Shown: positions 33,270 to 52,501 of the stretch, piece after piece
How positions within the stretch are numbered: the stretch's first letter is position 1
Layout of the letters: the number at the start of each line of letters is the position of its first letter
NCBI RefSeq assembly: GCF_009914755.1
Contig: NC_060931.1
Source: the human T2T-CHM13v2.0 reference genome, Homo sapiens
Direction: 5' to 3' (one strand)
DNA: 64,000 nucleotides
Program-made: the position numbers and the translations under genes
Notes under the pieces: model-generated
What the model saw: the letters and a program-made list of their open reading frames with translations, nothing else
What the model was told of the DNA's origin: nothing
Databases searched by the model: none

Positions 33270-34164
33270 AGCTCCAGGGACCGTGGAGGCCTGAGGTCAT
33301 CGGCCTGAGAGAAGGTACATCTGCATCCTCCGGGGTAAAGGCAGAATATTGGGGTCTATTTCGGAAATCCGAAGAACCCAATTGCTTGATCCGGCTTCAA
33401 GCCTGGGCAACGTGGCGAGATCCCCTCTCGACAAAAATACAAAAATTAGCCAGGCGATGTGGGAGGCATCTCTACTCCCAACTACTCAGGAGGCTGAGGC
33501 GGGAGGATCGCTGGAGCCTGGAAGGTCGGGGCTGCACGGAGCCCTGATCCTGCCACTGCACTCCAGTCTGGGCGACAGAGTGAGACCCTGCCTCAAAAAT
33601 AATCATAAATACTGAGTTTGGGGAGGTTCATTATGATTGATGCACTTGAGTTACCGATTTGGGTCGAGGGTTCAGTGAAGCTTTGGTTTACATCTTGTGC
33701 AGCTAACCACGGTGAGCACAGAGCATAAGACTTCATCATGAGGAGGTAGGATTAAGGATTAGGCTTCTGGACTCGTGGTTCGTGATGTTGTCACATTAGA
33801 AACACATCTAGCATGGTTACAAGTCTGGATCTTAAGAGACACAAAAGGCCCCAGCTGTGATGAAGTCCAAAGCCACATTCTCTGAGGGTGCCCTACTCCC
33901 TGGGCAGACCCACCCAAAGTCCTTGCTATGAAGCAGATCACTGGGGCTGACCTTGGGTGTATTAAGTGAGTTTTGGAGTCGTCACCAAAGTGTGAGTTTC
34001 ACAGTTGAACACCAAGGTTCAGAAGCAGGGTATAGAATGAAAGGCAGCAGATAAAATTGCATTTCTCAATTGCTCTGAACTCTAGACTTGACATGGGACG
34101 TGAATAACCTTCCTGTCTAGAGAGCTGCCTCCTTGAAGTGTGACATTGTCTCTCTCACTTCCAG

Positions 34165-35640
34165 AACACCGGACCCAGGGGAGATGTGGATTTTCAGCAG
34201 GAACTTTATTCCAATGCTAATGGCAGACACCAGGAAGGAGGAGAGGAACCATTTGTGCAGATCATCTAGAAGAACCTGGACCATTCTTGATGGAGCTGAA
34301 TACAGTGATCACGTTGTCCTCCTAGGAGCAGGGGTGGGGGGAGGGGGGTGGGGTCCTTCTAGGAGTCCTTGGAGAAAAGTAAGAAACCAGGAGTGTTTCC
34401 AGTTCCACCCTTTCCTGCAGCACCACCACCCTTTCTATATTGCTGAATTCCAACCTCCCTGGGGCGGAACCTGGAGGTGCTGTTTCTTATGGACTTGGTT
34501 ACCACAGTCCAGAAGCATTTGAAGGCACAATGCAGGGGCTCAGATTGGCACAGATTTCTTCTGTGAAATATCAGTGCCACAGATTGTAACAGATAGCTTC
34601 ATGCACACTCTGCATTTTATTGGTTTGTTTGGAAAATGTTGGCCATTGAATTATTCATAGATTTATTTCAAATAGTTTGGAAATTGTTGTACTTTTGAAA
34701 ACATGCTGTTCCTGTAGTTTTTTGATGAGAGTTATAGTTGTTATATATACATAAAGATAATTTTCTTTTCATTTTTAAGAGACAATTCTTTTTATCCTAA
34801 ATATTTTATTATCTTTAAATTTCTTTCTGTATTATTATATGTGCTCCTGAAGCGAGCACTCTTTTTATCTATGATACTTCCATAATAATCTCTTCTATTT
34901 ATAGCTATTGGTAGTTCCCCACCACAAAAAAAACATAATTCTGGTGATAGAAATTTTTATTTGCTGTTTAGGTTTGTGACTGAATTGTGAGAATTCAGTT
35001 GTGATTTTTAACATGTCTCAGATATATATACTAACACGTCTAATATATACTATCTATTTTATTGGTTTATTTTGAAAAACATGGGTATAGAATTATTTAA
35101 ATATTATTTTATTTATTGAAATATTTATTAAATATATTTATTTAAATATTATTACTTGAAATATTATTTTAAATATTTTTGAAATACTGCTATTTTTGAA
35201 TAGATGCTGTTTCTATAAAGCTGTGTGATGGGTGTTATAACTGTTATATACACATACGTATAATTTTGCTTTCCTTTTTAAGAGAGGATTCTTTTCATCC
35301 TAAATCTTTTACCTTTCAATCTTTGTATCTATTATTACACGTGTTGCTGAAGGGAGCATGGTTTTTATCTGTGATACTTAGTTAACATATATATTACATT
35401 TATAGCTATGTAGTAGTTCCCCTAAATTCTTGTAAAAATAAATTTTTATTTGATATTTCATATATGTTTGAAATGTGAGAATTCAGGTGTAATTTTTTAC
35501 CTTGTTTTGGCATGTTTGTATGTTACTTTAAAGAGGATGTGTGTTCTAAAGGAGGACATGAGCTGTGTGTTTTCAAGAGAACAATAGAGTGCGTCTCTTG
35601 GGGAAACATAATAAAAATGAACTTTTCTCACCTTCACAGC
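34165..35640 (+). other. SPDYE non-coding terminal exon (AT-rich 3' UTR)
   Basis: Donor gaag|gtacat at 33314; acceptor tctctctcacttccag| at 34164; AATAAA at 35437-35442 and 35610-35615. 3' end approximate. Confidence 0.6.
34614..35520 (+). repeat. Diverged ~450-500-bp AT-rich tandem duplication in the SPDYE 3' UTR
   Basis: Shared anchors attttattggttt (34614/35056), atgctgtt, tttttaagaga, atcctaaat, ctgaag.gagca, gtagttcccc and tgtgagaattcag occur twice in the same order. Confidence 0.8.
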
Positions 35641-35911
35641 AATTGTGATCATATTGGTCTGGATTGATTATTTGCTGCCCAGTGATATTTTTCCTTAATG
35701 GGGTTGTGGTTATTTGAACATATTTATTAGCTCTGGAAGATAATCCTGTGCTGTTTTTTATGTAGAAAAAAACATAAGGCTGGGTGCAGTGCTCACACCT
35801 ACAATCCCTGCAGTTTTGGAGGTCATGGCAGGAGGATCACCTGAGGCCAGGAGTTTGAGGCCAGCCTCAGCAACATAGCATCTACATCTATTTTTAATTT
35901 TTATTTTTTAA

Positions 35912-36266
<355 letters not shown>

Positions 36267-36781
36267 TAGAGTTTTAAGGCAGGAAATGAGAGAAAAATAT
36301 TGAGAGAGGAAAACCAGGTGGTAAGAAAACTCTAAAGGTGGCCGGGCGTGGTGGCTCACACCCATGATCCCAGCAGGAGTTTGAGACCAGCCTGGCCAAC
36401 ATGGTGAAACCCTGTCTCTACTAAAAATACAAAAATTAGGCAGGCGTGGTGGTGCACGCCTATAATCCCAGCTATTTGGGAGGCTGAGGCAGGAGAATCA
36501 CTAGCAGAGATTGTGTCTCCTCGCCCCCTCTCAAAAAAAAAAAAAAAAAAAGAAAGTTCCTGCAGCAGTTAAAGCTGTGAAAGACAGGCACTCTGCCATG
36601 CAATTCTTTGTGATTTTTCTCTTTTCTTTTTGGAGTTGGGGTCTTGCACTGTCACCCAGACTGGGGTGCAGTGGTGTGGTCATAGCTCACTGCGGCCTCA
36701 GACTCAAGCTCAAGCGATCCTGTTACCTTGCCTTTCAAATTGCTGGGATTATAAGCATGAGCCACTGCATCTGGCCTGTGA

Positions 36782-36979
<198 letters not shown>

Positions 36980-37679
36980 TAGTAGAGACGGGGTTTCACT
37001 GTGTTAGCCAGGATGGTCTCGATCTCCTGACCTCGTGATCTGCCCGCCTTGGCCTCCCAAAGTGCTAGGATTACAGGCGTGAGCCACCGCGCCCAGCCTA
37101 TGTGATGCAATTCTGATGTCAACTCCCTGATGTTACCTCAAATGCCACAGGTTAAGGCCACCAGCCCCCACTAGGCTGCCCTCGCTTTAGACACACCTGC
37201 AGGTTTGGGTGTCTTCAGACCACATATACTTCTCACCAACTGGCTGCAAATCTGGAGGTTCCCACCATGCCCTCAAGTTCGATAACTCACTAAAACAATT
37301 CACAGAATGCAGAAAAGCATGATACTTTCTTTCTCTTTTATTTTATTTTTTTTTTTTGAGACGGAGTCTTGCTCTGTCGCCAAGGCTGGAGTACAGTGGC
37401 CACCATGCTTGGCTAATTTTTGTATTTGTATTAGAGACGGGGTTTCGCCATGTTGGCCAGGCTGGTCTTGAACTCCTGACCTCAGGTGATCCACCCGCCT
37501 TGGCATCCCAAAATGCTGGGATTATAGGCATAGCCACCATGCCCGGTCGACTTCTAGAGTTTCAATAACAGAGATGTGATTCAAGAAGGGAGACATGTTT
37601 TGTAGATGGCAGGAGCTTCATGAAAAGAAGCCAATGAAGGGCAGGACGTGTAGCTGTCTACCTACAGGAAACCAGCCAG

Positions 37680-37975
37680 GAGCCTCCCCAAAGGGACTTC
37701 AGCACAGATGGCCGGGAAAATCTGCATTAACCTGAGCTCTGGACCTAAGAGAGGACAAGGCCTTGACCATTTCTACAGACTCACAAGATGCAATCTCTGT
37801 GGTCCATGCCCATGGTGTGATCTGGGAAACGGGGGGCCTTCTAAATGCCAACAGCAAGGAAATCAAATGTGCAACAAACAGAAATACCGGCATTGACGTG
37901 GGCCATGGAAAGGCCTAAACAGATGACTGCAGTTCACTGCCAAGGTCATCAAAGGGGTGACTCTGAAATAAGAAA
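37680..37975 (+). mobile_element. Degenerate class I ERV pol RNase H remnant
   Basis: Pieces translate LPKGTSAQ..ALT*AL..TISTDSQDA..VHAHGVIW..GLL..KEIK..EI..AVHCQGHQRGD, as in gammaretroviral RNase H; stops and frameshifts present. Confidence 0.8.
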
Positions 37976-38405
37976 TTTCAGATGCCACGGCCCAAATAGC
38001 TGCACGAGGTGGGGAAGTCCTCCACATGCCTCTGCTTCCTTCAGTACCTGTTTATGAAATAAGCCGAGGTACTTCCCTGGGGAATTTCCTTTCTCTTTCT
38101 TTCTTTCGAGACGGAGTCTTGCTCTGTCGCCCAGGCTAGAGTGCAGTGGCGCAATCTCGGCTCAATGTAACCTCTCCCTCCTGGGTTTTAGCAATTCTCC
38201 TGCATCAGACTTCTGAGTAGCTGAGATTACAGGTGCATGCCACCATGCCCAGCTAATATTTGCATTTTTAGTAGAGACAGGGTTTCACCATCTAGGCCAG
38301 GCTGGTCTTGAACTCCTGACCTCGTGATCCACCCGTCTTGGCCTCCCAAAGTGCTGGGATTACAGGTGTGAGCCATCACGCCCGGACTTTTGTTTTATTT
38401 TTTGA

Positions 38406-38606
<201 letters not shown>

Positions 38607-38689
38607 TGAACCCCTGACCTCTAATGATCCACCTGAATTGGTTTCCCAAAATGTTGGGATTACAGGCACAAGCCACTGCGCCCAGCCCC

Positions 38690-38870
38690 TCCCATACCTC
38701 TTTTGGTCAAGGCAGCACAATTCAGAAGAATCTTGCCAGGGAAGACTGGTAAATGGACGTCAATGTGATGCCTATGGCTCCTGGTGGATTTAGATACCTC
38801 CTGGTGCTTATTGATATCTTTACCAGTTGCACGGGGGCTTTTCCATGCCAGACTGAAAACGCAGGAGATC
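38690..38870 (+). mobile_element. ERV integrase core remnant
   Basis: [42 protein letters not shown] resembles the class I ERV integrase motif PGEDWQxDF..P...YLLVxVDTFTGWxEAFP. Confidence 0.8.
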
Positions 38871-38889
38871 AATGATCAACCTTCAACTA

Positions 38890-39930
<1,041 letters not shown>

Positions 39931-40113
39931 ACTCTGGGTGACCCCAGAACTCATCTGAACTCAGAAGCCCAAGAGTTTCATTCCTTTCACTTTAGGGGAC
40001 TCAGTGCCCTGCTCAGCATGAAGTCGAAGCAGAAGCATGACCTCCATCCCTAATCCCTCAAGAATGAGGAGTGGAAGGTGTTGGCAGGAGGGTGGGGGTG
40101 AGGTTTGTAGATC

Positions 40114-41343
<1,230 letters not shown>

Positions 41344-41442
41344 TTATAAAACCGTAATCATATAATACAGATAGTTTTATAATCTGGTTTTTAAACACAA
41401 CAATTACATAACATTTAGCTGTTTCTTTTGCATTCAGATTCA

Positions 41443-41911
<469 letters not shown>

Positions 41912-42255
41912 TCACTGCAGCCTCAAGTTTCTGGGCTCAAGTGAATCTCCCACTTCAGCTTCCCAAGTAGCTGGAACTACAGGTGGATGCCACCATGCCC
42001 AGTCAATTTTTTTTTTAATTTTTCATAGAAACAGAGTCTCACTATGTTGCCCAGTCCTAATAAACACTATGTGATGAAAAGAAAAAAGTAAATCACCCTA
42101 AAGTTAAGTCTTTAATGTTAAGTCTTTAACGAGAAATGCAAATAAAGCATTTCTCAATAGATTATGGCAAGAGAATCAACTGAAGAATAAACATCTTTAG
42201 TAAATCTTTTGCTCATGTGCATTAACCAATACTCTTGAAAACCAAGATTAATTTA

Positions 42256-42504
<249 letters not shown>

Positions 42505-43020
42505 CTATGCTTTTCTTCACTTGCTTTTCTCTCAAAACTTTCTTAAAAAGCTGATGATCCCTCTGAGATAACCAAGATCTAAACGGTTGAGGAGTCATTA
42601 TAAAATCTAAGGTTTGGCATCTAAAAGACAGTGAGACAGAGAGCACTAAACATGCTTTGTTTTGATAAAAGCTTTGATTTCATTTTTCAGGTTGAATTGC
42701 AAAACCATAAATGATCTCAAGGTTTATTTATTCACAAATAGAGATTTGTTTTGTTATTACTCTTCAAATAAAATTGTTTTAAAGAATTTTTTAAAGAATT
42801 AAAAAATTTTTTTAAATTTTTAAAGAATCCAAGAGATATTATAATTAAAATGTATATGTAGGGCAGGGTACGGTGGCTCATGCCTGTAATTCCAGCACTT
42901 TGGGAGGCCGAGGAGCGCAGATCACTTGAGGCCTGGAGTTCCAGACCAGCCTGGGCAACATGGCAAAACCCCATCTCTACTAAAAATACAAAAATTAGCC
43001 AGGAGTGGTGGTGCACGCTA

Positions 43021-43272
<252 letters not shown>

Positions 43273-43640
43273 TTAAATATAATTATAAAAATTTAGTATC
43301 TGTTCTATAATTAAATAGTGCTTTGGTGAAATGTTTCCCTAAAATTTGATGATGAAAAGCAGTGGTAACTATCATTTATTACCTATATGTTATGTTAAAA
43401 TTGAGAAGTTACTGTTCTAATAAGGGTAACCATTTTTTTTTAACAATACTATTTGCTTCATTTCATTCATTTATTTCCCACATTTCAGAAGTACTAGGAC
43501 TTAGATTGGCAGTGAGACAAAACAGAATTCAGAAGCTAGAAGCTGAGATACCGAGATAGAAAATTGTAAATAACGATTCCAATTAACTTTCTGAGAGGTT
43601 TTTCTAAGGGGTCAAGTGAATGGATAAAAACATTGTATCA

Positions 43641-43778
<138 letters not shown>

Positions 43779-43889
43779 TCAAGTGCCAAAACAACGGATA
43801 TACATGATATCTAGTAACTGGCTTAAAAAACTGTTTTTGCGTTTCCCAAGACAGTGTTACTCAAAATTCTGAGACATGTGGCCCAATTA

Positions 43890-44033
<144 letters not shown>

Positions 44034-44056
44034 TTATTAAAAATGGACCCATGCTA

Positions 44057-44158
44057 GAATGGCATGAACCCGGGGGGCGGAGCTTGCAGTGAGCCGAGAT
44101 CGCGCCACTGCACTCCAGCCTGGGAGACAGTGAGACTCCGTCTCAAAAAGAAAAAAAA
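44057..44158 (+). mobile_element. 5'-truncated AluY (~100 bp) with 18-bp TSD AAAAATGGACCCATGCTA
   Basis: TSD at 44039-44056 and 44159-44176; ggagcttgcag diagnostic; poly(A) tail. Confidence 0.9.
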
Positions 44159-45198
44159 AAAAATGGACCCATGCTATAAGCTTTTATATTGATATTATTT
44201 ATAACATGTGCAAATTGAAGAGTCATAACTATACCTTTAGTTAAAAGTACGAGTATCATTTTGTATATTTCATTTTTATAAAGCCCTTTCTGGCCATTTA
44301 CTAGCCCAGATTAAATAGTTTAGCTTTTTCTTTCCTCTTTTTTTTTTTTTTTTGTCCATAGGCTAGTCAAATGAAGCAGTTGGAGTGGAGAAGGTACAAA
44401 AAAATCTGTAACTGGTTGTGATCAATTAGTGGTTAACACCGTTGCACTTTGACCAGCCTTTTCTTTTGAAAGAAATAATTTTAACATACCCAGTAAGGAG
44501 AAAGGGGGGCAGGCGCGGTTGTTCATGCCTGTAATCCCAGCACTTTGGGAGGCCAAAGTGAGCAGATCACCTGAGGTCAGGAGTTCCAGACTAGCCTGAC
44601 CAACGTGGAGAAACCCTGTCTCTACTAAAAATACAAAATTAGCCAGGTGTGGTGGTGCATGCCTGTAATCCCAGCTGCTCATAAGGCTGAGGCAGAATTG
44701 CTTGAACCCGGGAGGCGGAGGTTGCGGTGAGCCGAGATCGTGCCGTTGCACTATACCCTGGGCAACAAGAGTGAAACTCCATCTCAAAAAAAAAAAAAAA
44801 GGCAACTGCTTCTGGAATCAGACTTCCTGGATCCTATTTTATTAGCTTTATAATCTCAAAAAAAGGAAATTTCCTGTTCCTTAATTTCCTCATCTGTAAA
44901 ATGAAGATAATAAGTTCTATCTCATAAAGTTACTCAGCTGATTAATAATTTTTCAGGTTTATTTTATTTTGTTATTTTTTTTTTTTCTTGTTTTTTTTTG
45001 AGATGGAGTTTTGCTCTTGTCACCGAGGCTGGAATGCAGTGGCATGATCTGATCTTGGCTCACTGCAACCTCCACCTCCGAGGTTCAAGCAATTCTCCTC
45101 CCTCAGCCTCCCGAGGAGCTGAGATTACAGCCATGCACCATCACATCTGGCTAATTTTTGTATTTTTAGTAGAGACAGGGTTTTACCATGTTGGTTAG

Positions 45199-45594
<396 letters not shown>

Positions 45595-45945
45595 TAATAG
45601 AGATGAGGTCTCACCATGTTGGCCAGGTTGGTCTTGAACTCTGGCCTCAAGCAATCCCCCCACCTTGGCCTCTCAAAGGGCTAGGATTACAGGCGTGAAA
45701 CACCACGCCCAGCTATTCTGCAAATTAAATGAGATATTTCTGTGTAATTCTTAGCATAACACCTGCCTGGCACACCATAAGAACACAAGAAAAGCTGTTG
45801 TTATTATTATTACTACCTAGCTAAGTACTAGGCACATAATAGGTGCTAACTTTAACTTAAAAATAATAATTTATTACTACATCAACACTTGATAGTCTTA
45901 TTTCAATAACAAATGTTTCTTGACTACAACAACACACACTAATCA

Positions 45946-46128
<183 letters not shown>

Positions 46129-47050
46129 TTACAAGAAACAAAGCAAGTATTCAGCTATATATTTTCATCCTGATTTTAACTGTGGGAAATGACTCAACAC
46201 TGTAAATAGTTTATGGGTCTAATCTGTTCAGTTATTATATTAACAAATACATTTATTATATCCAGAAATAGAAACACTGTTTTACAATCCTTAAACATGT
46301 ACCCAAAATACTTCTGGATAGATACTTCAAATTCAACAGATCCTTACTATCTAGGATCCACATGGAGAAAACTACATTGTATCTCTCAAATTACCAAAAT
46401 CTTTGGCAACAATGGTGTCTTCTTTCTTGAAAACTGAAAGCATGGCCTGGTGGGGTGGCTCATGCCTGTAATCCCAGCACTTTGGGAGGCAGAGGCAGGC
46501 GGATCACTTGAGGTCAGGAGTTGGAGACCATCCTGGCCAACATGGTGAAACCCTGTCTCTACTAAAAATACAAAAAATTAGGCAGGCATCATGGTGGGCG
46601 CCCATAAACCCAGCTACTCAGGAGGCTGAGGAAGGAGAATCGCTTGAACCTGAGAGATAGTGGTTGCAGTGAGCGAGAGCATACCAGTGCACACCAGCCT
46701 GGGTGATAGAACAAGACTCTGTCTCCAAAAAACAAACAAACAAACAAACAAACAAAAAACTCACAACAATTCTCTAATGGCGAGGGAGTAAGTAAGTGAC
46801 CGATAATGCTGGAGAAAGAGGAAGTGACTGGGTCCCCAGTACAGGTTAGAATGAAAAAATCCCTACCAATGTAAATCAAATGTAAAATCAACAAAAGAGT
46901 TCATGTATGTGGTATGTGTGTGGGAAGGAAAGTGATATTTGGGGGTTGGGAGGTGTTACTGAGGGTACCGAGTACATATAAACAACTCTTTAGTCACTCC
47001 CAAAGGTCTGGGATGAGTGTTTTTTAACATGTGATAATCTACTAACTTAC

Positions 47051-47161
47051 CTGGACTATGTTGACATGGAAATTCACCTTCCATTATCCACGGCTCCTCT
47101 CCCTGCTCCACTTCCTTCACCTCCACTCCATGATGATGTTTGGCTTGGTGATAATCATACC
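47051..47161 (-). CDS. KRAB-B box exon, copy 2 (111 nt, compensated indels)
   Basis: taacag|GG TAT GAT TAT...AGT CCA G|gtaagt; retains EQGEEPWIMEGE. Confidence 0.9.
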
Positions 47162-47362
47162 CTGTTAATGGGAAAAGAAGAAGGACTTGGGCAAGCTGCT
47201 TGGCTTCAGAATCTCCAAAGTACAAGATGTTGCCACCTCATTAGCTGCATAACAGAAGTGCTCCATTTTTTTTTAACCTTATCAAAGTTAGAACCTTTCA
47301 ATGAAGAATAATATAAACACTCCAGCTAGTGCCCACAAGGAATTAAATGGTGTCATCACTTA

Positions 47363-47608
<246 letters not shown>

Positions 47609-48364
47609 TCATTTTACAAAGTTCACTCGTAAAGTTAACCATGAACATTGTATACCTTATTTTATGTTACAGATTATGGAAGGGAAATCATATTGGAAAT
47701 CATAGAGGAAACATATATCCTTTGGGGATATATATATATAAAATATATATTACCCCACAAAAATAAAAACCCAAAACACAACTGAACTCCTATTTTGCAA
47801 CTGAACTGAGTTTTGGGGATATGAGATGAGTGAAACACCATGCCTGCTCTCAGAAAGCAGACAACCTAATAAGGAGATAAACATGTAAACAAACACAAGC
47901 ATTTTACTCCTTGTCACTTCTTTGCTGCCAGGCCCTCCCCTTCTCCTGGACCTCTTCATGTTGGAGTGCCCACCACTCAGTTCCTGGTCTTCTTCTTCCT
48001 AACTCACTGCTCTGGGGCTCTCACCTAGTTTCAGCTCCTTGTTCTTTTGTCTTTTTTATTCTCATAGCCAGTGGCCTCTGGCTATCTGCATGGCTGAGTT
48101 TTATCTCAAACATCTCAATCTCACAGCAATAAATATTCGTTAAATGAATGAATGCCCAAAGCTGTTATTAGAGTAATGCAGACAAGGTGCAGAATGATTT
48201 AACAAAAGAGGATCAAATTATTTTAACTTTATGCCATCAGTTAGGCTTCACAGACTCAGTTAACTTGAAGTCCTTAAAGATGAATTGTGTATTCTATGGG
48301 ATGAAGGGGAAGAAGAATATGATGAGGTGTAAAAAGTACCAATGGCAAACATGAAGCAGCTTCA

Positions 48365-48490
<126 letters not shown>

Positions 48491-48519
48491 TCATCTCTAC
48501 TAAAAATAAAAATTTTTTA

Positions 48520-48822
<303 letters not shown>

Positions 48823-49716
48823 TTATCCTGTTATTTATAAAGAAGATATCAACAAGGGGTTCAAACCCAGTGATATAGCTAGGACCATGTAGATCCCAAG
48901 AGATAGCAGAGTCAGAGCCGCTAGGCTGGTGGGCTGAGAAACTAAAGCAGAACATCCAAGCTTATCCACAGGCAGGCCAAAGGAGCTGATAAAATCACCG
49001 AGAGAGAGTAATAACCTTCTAGGTTAAGTTAGTCCAAAAGGCAAGGAGGTGGAGGGGTTAGAAGATGGATCAGCCAATAAATAACATAAAATTACATGCC
49101 ACTACAATACCACTTATATCAATACAAATACTCAAAATGAAACATAACCAAACAAAATCCAGTACCAGATTAAAAACATAATATACAACAGACAAATAGG
49201 ACTTATTCCAATAATATAGACTAGTTTAGTATTTGGAAATCTATTAATATGATAGGCCACTATAACACAGCAAAGAAGAAAAATCTTGTATCCATGAAGA
49301 TACTTGAAAAAGCTTGACAGAAAAACCTGATTTAAAAAAACTAAAGAAAACAGAAACTGATGGATGCTTCATTAACATCAATATTATGTATATATACAAA
49401 TATAAATATTACACCCTAATATGCAGTAGTACATATGATATATATGTGACATATGTATTTCAATTACACACAAGCATATATATAGTTTGTGTGTATACAC
49501 ACACAGACACATGTACGTGCACACACACGGACACACATAAACTCTTATGCCTCAGTCTTCTTGGTCCAAAAGTCAGGATTTTACTTAACAGGGAAAAACT
49601 ACATACCTTCCCACTAAGATCAAGAACAAGGTATTAATAAAATGCTCATTATCTACAACTAGAGAAGAGAAAACAATTAGAGGAATATAACTAAGGAAAA
49701 GTAAAAGTGCTCGGGC

Positions 49717-50077
<361 letters not shown>

Positions 50078-50693
50078 TCACCTGAGGTCAGGAGTTTAAG
50101 ACCAGCCTGGTCAACATGGTGAAACCCCATCTCTACTAAAAATCCAAAAAAAAAAAATTAGTTGTATTATTAAGGTCAACGTAATAATACAAAGATATCA
50201 GTTACCCTAAATTACTTTATAAATATACAATCCCAATAAAAATACCAAAAAGCTTTTTCCTGGAACTAGATAAGCCGACACTACAGTTCATATGAGGTGG
50301 AAGAAAATCAAAAACAGCTCAGGGAAAAAAAATATTTGGACATGGATAAAACTGGACCCAGGCCAGGTGTGGTGGCTCATGCCTGTAATCCCAGCACTCT
50401 GGAAAGCTGAGCCAGAAGGACTGCTTGAGGCCAGGAGCTTGAGACCAGCCTTGGCAACATAGCAAGACCCTGTCTCTACAAAGAAAAAAATATATATATT
50501 AGAAAAAATAGAGAGAGAGAGACATGAGGACTTCTGCCCTCAGGTGTGATAAACTAACAGGTACTGCATATACCCTCCAACCTGAAACAGCACACACCAA
50601 AGAACAACAACAAAATCAAAAACAGAAAGAAAAATAAAATGGAGAACATATATGAAGCAATGGTTTGTTTGTTTTTGTTTTTGTTTTTTATGA

Positions 50694-50909
<216 letters not shown>

Positions 50910-52102
50910 TGATCCGCCTGCCTTGGCCTCCCAAAGTGCTGTGATTACAGGTATGAGCCACCACGCCTGGGCTGAAGCAATGGCTTTCAAGGCACTGATT
51001 ATCAGGCAGTAGAGTTATCTATGAGTGATGGGAAATAAACAAGGTGAACCAATCAACTTCTGCCTTGAGTGACTCCAGGCCACGGAGCAGGGAAGAAGAA
51101 CAGAGGCAGATGTGAGGAGAAAGAGCTGCGAGTCGGGAAAATGGGCAGGAAACTACAACCCATAAGGAAAACAATCAGTCCATCAAAACTGGCCCAGAAT
51201 TGACACAGAGTTTACAACTGGCACAGAGCACTGAGAGAGTTCATCATTCTATTCCAAATGTTCAAAAAAATTGAGACAGGCAAGATGTGAAAAAGACCCA
51301 TGCTAACCTTCTACAGATAGAAACTACAATATCTGAGATGAAAATTATACTGGACAAGATGAACAGCATCGTGGAAAAAAGAGATTAGTGAATATAAAGA
51401 CAGCAACAGAAGTTACATAAAATGAAACAGAGAAAGAAGAATTAAAAGCAAATAAAGAGCAACAGTATGTTGTGGGAAAATTTCAAGTGGCCTAATATAC
51501 AGGCAACAAGAATCAATGGAGGGGAGGTGGTGGGTACTTGAAGAAATAATGATAAAAATGTTCCCCAAGTGATGACACCATAAACCCAAGATCCAAGAAG
51601 TTCAATGATCCCCAAAACAGAAACATGAAAAAAAGATACCATGACATATTGCAATCAAATTGTCCAAAACTAGTGATAAAAAGTTTAAAACAATAAGGGG
51701 GGAAGAAAAAAAGACATGTTATATATAGGGGAACAAACATGAGTATGAGATCAGATTTCTCTTAGAAAAAAATGTAAGCAGGAAGACAACAGAGAAACAT
51801 ATTTAAAGCACTGTGGAGAAAAATCCAGCAAAAACACCTTTAAAAGCAAAGACACAATGAAGACATTTGCAGACCTACAAGAATTCATCATCAACTAGAA
51901 GAAATGTTAAAGAAAGTCCTTCAGGCAGAAGTAAAATGACAGAAAATAAAAATTTAGATTTACATAAAGGAATGAAGAGTACCAGAAATGGTAACTGTGT
52001 ATTTTCTCTCATTACTTAAATCTCTTTAAAAGATACCTGGGCCAAGTGTGGTGGCTCACACCTGTAATCCCAGCACTTTGGGAGGCTGAGGCAGACAGGT
52101 CA

Positions 52103-52501
<399 letters not shown>

